DNA of 62,884 bases, the filler included, from Rhabdomonas costata (taxonomy: Eukaryota), in assembly GCA_019059605.1 (NCBI GenBank). It is 25 parts of 25 records of this genome, joined end to end, with 100 filler letters (N's around TTAATTAATTAA, not from the genome) between each part and the next. Parts side by side here need not be neighbours in the genome. Positions count along the whole stretch, not along the records: positions 60,470 to 62,884 come from JAHMHO010003534.1; 24 more parts are not named here. One strand, 5' to 3'. Shown in pieces: positions 62,865 to 62,884 of this stretch. Each line of letters begins with the position of its first letter. The first letter of the stretch is position 1. The notes below the pieces were generated by a model, which saw only the letters and a program-made list of their open reading frames with translations, was not told where the DNA came from and made no database searches. Made by a program: the position numbers and the translations under genes.

Positions 62865-62884
62865 CTGTTGAACGCCCCACACCC

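Overview
This is not one locus. It is 25 unrelated ~2.4 kb contigs joined by N-TTAATTAATTAA-N spacers. They come from an intron-rich, flagellated eukaryote with TTAGGG telomere motifs; the splice donors (GTGTG/GTGCG/GTATG plus frequent GC) and gene content suggest a euglenid, which is an inference. Most long six-frame ORFs are GC-rich shadows, and the real genes are spliced fragments: CHD1L/ALC1, an outer dynein arm docking subunit, a type IIC-like P-type ATPase, IQCH, TRRAP/Tra1, a CNBD-family channel, SET and UBZ exons, EMC7, LSG1 and GPKOW. Two genes are intronless: LONRF and a bacterial-type ferritin-like metal hydrolase. At least five contigs carry parts of Cache-TM-HAMP-class III adenylate cyclase receptors. 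Mobile DNA includes a decayed LINE-type RT, a Ty3/gypsy-like protease fragment between identical 127-bp direct repeats, several short hairpin/MITE-like elements, and a hairpin fused to telomere-repeat units. The best leads are the GC-AG-rich splicing system, a channel with an unusual NFVHGHGD filter, the bacterial-style receptor cyclase expansion, a probable horizontally acquired gene and the telomere-repeat hairpin element. All homology calls are motif recognition by eye; no database searches were run.
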